Source of the DNA: Syntrophales bacterium
GTDB taxonomy: Bacteria; Desulfobacterota; Syntrophia; Syntrophales; PHBD01
Assembly: GCA_963668175.1 (NCBI GenBank)
Contig: OY764159.1
Coordinates: 288,001 to 352,000, forward strand
DNA: 64,000 bases
Direction of reading: 5' to 3'
The notes under the pieces were generated by a model. The model made no database searches. It was not told the origin of the DNA and saw nothing but the letters and a program-made list of their open reading frames with translations. Of the stretch, positions 58,448 to 64,000 are shown piece by piece (position 1 is the stretch's first letter; each line of letters opens with the position of its first letter). Made by a program: the position numbers and the translations under genes.

Positions 58448-60313
58448 TTAAGATGTAAAGGACTCATCAGCGATTTCGATGGGTGTCCTGTCGCCGAACT
58501 TGATCGATTCACACCGCGATTTTACGGTCGCCAGGGATTCCGAGGCAAAGAACTTCGCCGAGGCGATTTTACCCGCGTAGAAAGCAACCTCGGAATTGGT
58601 GTGAATCAGAGAACGCTGTTTGCCAATGGAATCTTCAGCGCCATTTTCCTTATAGATGGCTTGCAGCTTTTCTTCCGCAATGACGGCAGCCTGCATAAGC
58701 AGCCAACCGCCGACCACGTCGCCGAAGACGTCCATGAAGGGCGATGCATTCAAAATAGGCATCAGGAAGCCCGAGCTCTTGCCGAGCTGACCGAACGTCA
58801 TGGTGAGATCGACCAGGGCATTGCCTGCTTCTTCCAGGAACGCCGCAGACTTCTTCAACGGCTCCATAGCCTTTGCCTTGGCGATCGTATTCAGAATTTC
58901 ACCGGCCAGGTTCATCACGTTGGCACCCTTGTTAGAACCCAGTTTCCGTCCGACCAGATCGAGACACTGAATGCCGTTGGTTCCTTCGTAAATGGTCGTG
59001 ATCTTGCAGTCCCGCAGATACTGTTCGACCGGGTATTCGGAACAGTAGCCATAGCCGCCATAAACATCCATGGCCTTTGAACAGACTGTCATAGCGTTAT
59101 CCGATATCCAGGCCTTGGTGACCGGAATGAGCAATTCGGCCAATCCGAGCCATTTTTTCTTTTCTTCTTTTGTCTTGGCACTCTCCGCCATGTCCAGGTA
59201 TAGGGAAGTCAACAATCCAATAGCCCTCATGGCTTCAACCCGCGCTTTCATCCAGAGCAGATCGCGCCTCACATCGAGGTGCTGTATAATCGGAACGGCT
59301 TTGGCGTCGGGATTCTTCATCTCCCAGACGGGAATGCTCTGAATCCTCTCTTTTGCATAGGCGACGGCATGTTCATACGCCGCCGTGGCGGTTCCCAGGG
59401 CCTGAAAGCCGACTTCCAGCCGCGCTTCATTCATCAACTGGAACATCACGCGCAGGCCTTCGCGTTCCTTGCCCAGGAGTTCGCCGATGCAGTTGCCGTC
59501 TTCGCCGAAATTCAGAACGCACGTCGCGTTCCCTTTAATACCCATCTTGTGCTCGATATTCCCCGTCTTGACATCGTTGAACTCGCCGAGACTGCCGTCA
59601 TCCTTCACCCGATATTTGGGAACGATGAAGATGGAGATGCCGCCCGTTCCGGCAGGATCTCCCTCAATGCGGGCCAAGACCGGATGGACGATATTGTTGG
59701 TGAGATTATGATCGCCGCTGGAAATGAAGCACTTGGTTCCCGTGATGCTGAAAGTACCGTCCGGAAGACGTTTGGCCGTCGTCTTGAGGGATCCGACGTC
59801 GCTGCCTGCCCCCGGCTCGGTCAGGCACATGGTGCCTCCCCATTCACCGGCATACATCCGGCTCATATACTTGGTTTTTTGTTCTTCCGTACCGAAATTC
59901 TCGATCAACGCTGCGGCCCCATTGGTCAAGCCCGGATACATAATGAAAGGGTAATTGGCAGCCTGAAAAAATTCCATGCAGGCATTGGACATCACGGCGG
60001 GCATGCCCTGTCCGCCGACTTCCGGCGAACGCATGCAGCAAAGCCACCCTGCTTCGACAAACAGCTTAAAGGCGTTATGGAAGCTCTCGGGTACGGATAC
60101 CTTGCCATCCTTGAAAGTACATCCCTGGTGGTCTCCTTCAGCATTGATCGGAGCCAGCACGTTTACGGACAATTTCTCGGCCTCATTGAGCATCATCAGC
60201 ACGTCGTCTTTCGAAAACGCCGAGTACTTATCGGTTTCAAACAGTTTTTCGATACCCAACTGTTCGAAAAGCACAAAGTGTTGATCTCTCAGGTTAACCA
60301 ACAAATTACTCAT
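58448..60313 (-). CDS. Acyl-CoA dehydrogenase (long form)
   Basis: MCLTEPGAGSD, GTKCFIS, EHKMG, GGYGY and IYEGTN motifs. Confidence 0.95.
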   Translation of the reverse strand: MSNLLVNLRDQHFVLFEQLGIEKLFETDKYSAFSKDDVLMMLNEAEKLSVNVLAPINAEGDHQGCTFKDGKVSVPESFHNAFKLFVEAGWLCCMRSPEVGGQGMPAVMSNACMEFFQAANYPFIMYPGLTNGAAALIENFGTEEQKTKYMSRMYAGEWGGTMCLTEPGAGSDVGSLKTTAKRLPDGTFSITGTKCFISSGDHNLTNNIVHPVLARIEGDPAGTGGISIFIVPKYRVKDDGSLGEFNDVKTGNIEHKMGIKGNATCVLNFGEDGNCIGELLGKEREGLRVMFQLMNEARLEVGFQALGTATAAYEHAVAYAKERIQSIPVWEMKNPDAKAVPIIQHLDVRRDLLWMKARVEAMRAIGLLTSLYLDMAESAKTKEEKKKWLGLAELLIPVTKAWISDNAMTVCSKAMDVYGGYGYCSEYPVEQYLRDCKITTIYEGTNGIQCLDLVGRKLGSNKGANVMNLAGEILNTIAKAKAMEPLKKSAAFLEEAGNALVDLTMTFGQLGKSSGFLMPILNASPFMDVFGDVVGGWLLMQAAVIAEEKLQAIYKENGAEDSIGKQRSLIHTNSEVAFYAGKIASAKFFASESLATVKSRCESIKFGDRTPIEIADESFTS

Positions 60314-60409
60314 AACCAACCTCCTTCTCTCTTGAAGTAAAACCGTTGCCTATTCGGGGTACGACGACTGCCCCATCTCCTCAGTTATCGCCGATCGAAC
60401 CGGTCGGCG

Positions 60410-61045
60410 CTATTTTCTGCCTTGAAGTCCCTGAATGAAGATGTTCAAACCCGCATTGACCGTGCTGCGGATTCTCTCCTCCCGCAACGTGGCCGGTCCG
60501 GTAAATAAATAAAGCGAGATGACACCGTTGAGCATTCCCCATAATGCATTCCTGCTTTGCCGCAGGTTGGTTGAACGGGGGAATTCTCCTTTGTCGATAC
60601 CGTCCTGAAAGATCTTCTCGAAGATTGTCACCGTCTTATTGGTCATATTAACGGCACTGTTATGAAGTCCGTCCGGGAGGTTCATCTGATCCGTATTGAG
60701 CATAAAAGCCATGAAGATGCGGAAGAGCTCTTTTTCGTTAAGGAAAAAGTCGATATAGATATTGGCCAGGCGTTTCAGGGTGTCCGACGCCTGCTCCTCG
60801 AATTGCAATAAATCATTTATTTTACGATGAAATTTGTCAATATCATTAAGGAGAATATGGGTATAGATTTCTTCTTTGCTTTTGAAATAGAGGTATACGG
60901 ATCCTTTGCTCAGTTCGGCTTTCTGGGCAATGTTATCAACGGTAACGGCCTTGAAACCTTTTTCGAAGAAAAGCTTTCTGGCAGCCTTTAGGATTGCTTG
61001 TTTTCTGTTCTCTTTTTCACGTCTTCGTCTTTCTTCAAGTCCCAT
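60410..61045 (-). CDS. TetR/AcrR-family regulator
   Basis: HTH segment ILKAARKLFFEKGF...SKGSVYLYFKSKEE. Confidence 0.93.
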   Translation of the reverse strand: MGLEERRRREKENRKQAILKAARKLFFEKGFKAVTVDNIAQKAELSKGSVYLYFKSKEEIYTHILLNDIDKFHRKINDLLQFEEQASDTLKRLANIYIDFFLNEKELFRIFMAFMLNTDQMNLPDGLHNSAVNMTNKTVTIFEKIFQDGIDKGEFPRSTNLRQSRNALWGMLNGVISLYLFTGPATLREERIRSTVNAGLNIFIQGLQGRK

Positions 61046-61153
61046 AGATCGTCCTCGGCATGCTCTGATGGCAAAGGGCTGGCAACTGGACACCTCCTCT
61101 TCGGAAGCTGTAATGTCTTGATAAAGTGAGATAATTTAAGACGTGTCCGAATA

Positions 61154-61178
61154 GCAGTCATTATATGACTGCCGGTCA
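61154..61178. promoter_or_regulatory. Candidate TetR operator upstream of the fad operon
   Basis: GCAGTCAT-tat-ATGACTGC inverted repeat overlapping TGAC-N5-GTCA; lies downstream of a minus-strand TTGACA at 61207-61212. Confidence 0.55.
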
Positions 61179-61338
61179 CTAAATGTGTACATGAATATTT
61201 TCAGCTTGTCAAGGGGAATAAATTTGATGCTGCATTTTTTTATAAAGGCTTTTTCAGGAACGGAGGCCGGGCAGACAAAACGTTGTCATTATTTGATACG
61301 AAGGAACTGCATCGTGTCATGGAACAGGAACAACGACG

Positions 61339-62106
61339 TCACGGGCGTTTGATAGCCTTGATGAGAAGGACTGCGGCCAGCCCCCGGGGCATGATCCTGG
61401 CGTCAAGCCATACGAAAACTCCGTAGATGCGGTTGATCCATTTAGACATAGATATGACGGCCGCGGGAAGACGCTTGCTTCTATTGTCTTTACCATCACC
61501 TTTCGCCAACTGCTGAAGCGCGGCATAGACATAAACGACGAGCAACATGGTCAGTTTTTCCAGGGGCCCCAAGACTTTTCGGATAATCAAAGGATCGAGA
61601 CCGGCCGCCTGTAAATTGCTCACCATCTCGGCCAATTCATATCGACGCAGATGTCGGACAAACCGGTCGTCAGCACCATAGTAGAAACGACGGTGTGGGA
61701 AAGTCACAATGAGGTTTCCCGAGGGTGCCAAAACTCGGGCGATCTCCCGCATCACTGATCGGTCATCGCTTATATGTTCCATGACTTCCGAACAGACAAC
61801 CTGGGCAAAGGACCCGTCCTTGAAGGGAAGCATTGTACCGTCGGCAGCGACAAACCGGTTGCCGATTTGCGTCGTTTTCAGCTCCCGCAGGGCCGACCAT
61901 GATAAATCGGAATAAACGACGGAACGAATGCGGGTGATCATGGGCGAGAGACCGCTGCCCACCTCCAGAATCGGCTTCCCGCTGTTTTTCGCCACGAATT
62001 TATTAATATCTCGTTTTCTCAGGAAATAATTATAGAGGTGATTTTTTAAGGCTACATATCGATGATCATCGAAAAAATCCTGAAAGCGATTTTTATTGTT
62101 TGACAT
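61339..62106 (-). CDS. Class I SAM-dependent methyltransferase
   Basis: LEVGSG, LPFKDGSF, SEVMEH and HLRRY motifs; TAATG coupling to the upstream GT2. Confidence 0.85.
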   Translation of the reverse strand: MSNNKNRFQDFFDDHRYVALKNHLYNYFLRKRDINKFVAKNSGKPILEVGSGLSPMITRIRSVVYSDLSWSALRELKTTQIGNRFVAADGTMLPFKDGSFAQVVCSEVMEHISDDRSVMREIARVLAPSGNLIVTFPHRRFYYGADDRFVRHLRRYELAEMVSNLQAAGLDPLIIRKVLGPLEKLTMLLVVYVYAALQQLAKGDGKDNRSKRLPAAVISMSKWINRIYGVFVWLDARIMPRGLAAVLLIKAIKRP

Positions 62107-62858
62107 TAGCGGATGCCCGGAAACAGGTTTGATGAAGTGAGCTTCATCCGGGACAAACGAAAAAGGAGAGACGTCCACAGGCAGCCCATGCCGTAGATCA
62201 TACTGCGCCGGAGATTGATCGATGAGGCTTCGGCAAAATACTTCGTCGGACAACTCACTTCGGCAATCGTGTAGCCGAACCAGATAATCTGGGCCAGCAT
62301 TTGATTATCAAAGACAAAATCATCGGAATTCTGATCAAGCGGCAATTTTTCCAGAAGCTGCCGGGAGAAGGCCCGATAGCCCGTATGATATTCTGAGAGT
62401 TTAGCACCAAGCATAATATTTTCTGTCAGAGTGAGAAGGCGATTGGAAATGTACTTCCACAGCGGCATGCCCCCTTTGAGGGCATAGCCGCCAAGAATCC
62501 GGGACCCCAGAACGCATTCATAAAGACCGTTTCCAATCAGGGAGGCCATGGCGGGAATTAGCATCGGCGTATATTGATAATCGGGATGTACCATCACGAC
62601 GATATCAGCCCCTTCTTTCAGGGCCAATTCATAGCATGTCTTTTGATTTCTCCCGTAACCGCTGTTACGTTCGTGAACGTGGACCAGCGTATGGTCGAGT
62701 TCCCCGGCAATGGCGGCGGTATTATCAGAACTGGCATCATCGACGAGAATTACCATATCGACAATGCCCTGCGCCATGACTTCAGCATACGTTTTCTTGA
62801 GGGTCTGCGCCGCATTATAGGCCGGCATGACCACAATAACTTTCTTATCCTTATACAT
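62106..62858 (-). CDS. GT2 glycosyltransferase (polyprenyl-phosphate sugar synthase-like)
   Basis: VMPAYNA, VDDASSD, GYGRNQK, HPDYQY, GSR and HTGYRAF motifs. Confidence 0.9.
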   Translation of the reverse strand: MYKDKKVIVVMPAYNAAQTLKKTYAEVMAQGIVDMVILVDDASSDNTAAIAGELDHTLVHVHERNSGYGRNQKTCYELALKEGADIVVMVHPDYQYTPMLIPAMASLIGNGLYECVLGSRILGGYALKGGMPLWKYISNRLLTLTENIMLGAKLSEYHTGYRAFSRQLLEKLPLDQNSDDFVFDNQMLAQIIWFGYTIAEVSCPTKYFAEASSINLRRSMIYGMGCLWTSLLFRLSRMKLTSSNLFPGIR

Positions 62859-63180
62859 AATATGATGATTTCCGGGGATTAAAATATGAACCGATCATTC
62901 CCAAAGGAACATGATCCTTTTCTTATTTCTCTAAAAGAGATATCATAGATTCTCTCTAGGGTCGATGACTTATCGACGACTTCTCGCTTGCAACAGATGT
63001 ATTACCATGTTATCTTCTCTGTGTTACATTAAATGAAATCATATATTGTTATTAATCTGACGTTATACTTTTACATCAATAAAATCTCAACCGATTTTGC
63101 TGCGACGGAATAAAAGCGACCAATGGCGGTCCTACTGGGAGAAGTCGCCCGGTACAGGGAATTAAAACACAGATGATAAA

Positions 63181-64000
63181 ATGATGTTTTCCATGCATTT
63201 ACAAAGTTTCCGTTCCGACAATCCGCGCTTCAGAACCTATCTATTGTATGGATTGGTCGCCGCCGGCACAATAGCCCTGATATTGGGACGCATGACAGAA
63301 ACGCTGGCCGATCCCGATTTATGGGGTTATTTGACATTCGGAAGACTTTATTGGAATAATGACGGATTCCCCTACCACGATCCCTACGCCTACACGCCGA
63401 TCAAGGCCTTCTGGATATACCACGAATGGCTCACCGGGGTGTTATTCCATCCATTATACAAATACGTAGGCTCTTTCGGATTACAGGGACTCAAATATAT
63501 CATCGGCTTGATGACCGCTTTCACCATCTTCAAAACCGCCCGGAACCGCCGGGCATCCAGGGAGGCTTCCGCCGCTTCCCTCATCTTAATAAGCCCTCTG
63601 TTCAGTTTTGCCTACTCACCCGTCAGAGCCCAGATTTTCACCAATCTATTTTTTGCCTTGACCCTTTATATCCTGGAACGGGCCGGTCGAGAGAACCGTT
63701 CACGCCATATCTGGTGTTTGATACCCATGTATCTGCTATGGTCAAATCTCCATGGGGGTGTTGTCGCCGGCCTCGGTATTATAGGACTGTATGCTGCAGG
63801 CAAAGCCCTGGCAGGGGAAAAGTCTTTGCCGTATTGGCTTGCCCTGGCGGCCGCAGTCTTCGTGACACTCATTAATCCCTACGGCCTGGAATACTGGCTT
63901 TACCTAAAGGACGCTCTACTCATGCCCCGGCCGGACATCGACGAGTGGCACTCCGTCTTCGCCGCGCTGCGAAACGGTGAGTCGACAGCCAATCATCTTG
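63181..64000 (+). CDS. Polytopic membrane protein, GT-C-like, truncated by the window end
   Basis: Hand translation shows an open frame to 64000 (absent from the ORF track because it has no stop). Motifs DPDLWGYL..G, DPYAYT, HEWL, RAQIF, WSNLHGG and INPYG. Start 63181 or 63193. Confidence 0.75.
   Translation, partial: MMFSMHLQSFRSDNPRFRTYLLYGLVAAGTIALILGRMTETLADPDLWGYLTFGRLYWNNDGFPYHDPYAYTPIKAFWIYHEWLTGVLFHPLYKYVGSFGLQGLKYIIGLMTAFTIFKTARNRRASREASAASLILISPLFSFAYSPVRAQIFTNLFFALTLYILERAGRENRSRHIWCLIPMYLLWSNLHGGVVAGLGIIGLYAAGKALAGEKSLPYWLALAAAVFVTLINPYGLEYWLYLKDALLMPRPDIDEWHSVFAALRNGESTANHL

Noticed and set aside
63426..63875. 149-aa plus-strand ORF near the window end
   Set aside because: It is an alternative frame inside the membrane-protein CDS that runs from 63181 off the window.
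1..64000. CRISPR arrays, tRNA/rRNA genes, IS elements, prophage, parS or DnaA-box clusters, selenocysteine read-through
   Set aside because: None seen by eye. Intergenic gaps are short, and TGA-terminated genes end at family-typical lengths. A tRNAscan/Rfam run would be needed to exclude small RNAs.

Overview
A gene-dense, mostly housekeeping chromosomal window. The organism is most likely an anaerobic Syntrophales-like deltaproteobacterium (inferred from the AhbB-type heme gene, the FadN-type beta-oxidation operon and a PASTA-bearing FtsI; not proven). In order, it contains: an OFA-family MFS transporter; smc-ftsY-phosphatase-formimidoyltransferase; ahbB-hemL; an MMPL-methyltransferase fusion with an LpxL-like acyltransferase; xth; a stand-alone GAF/DUF484-like protein; a thioesterase; a ketopantoate-reductase/beta-keto-acid-cleavage (PanE-Kce) fusion; an Mla/Mce-type ABC system; a Nudix fusion; two GGDEF proteins; a DUF362 plus NapH/NapG-type FeS pair; a PGI-like gene; a DMT transporter; a MinD/FlhG ATPase; a radical SAM gene; a dcw cluster (mraZ to ftsZ, no ddl); mltG-ruvX; a TetR-regulated beta-oxidation operon; and a GT2/methyltransferase pair divergent from a truncated GT-C-like membrane protein. 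I saw no rRNA, tRNA, CRISPR array, transposase or prophage. The best leads are the PanE-Kce fusion, tandem NrdR-like boxes at the smc promoter, a GGDEF/MinD module downstream of ftsZ, the orphan MMPL-methyltransferase/acyltransferase pair, and a paralogous sensor domain present both alone and fused to a GGDEF. All assignments come from reading motifs by eye; no database searches were run.
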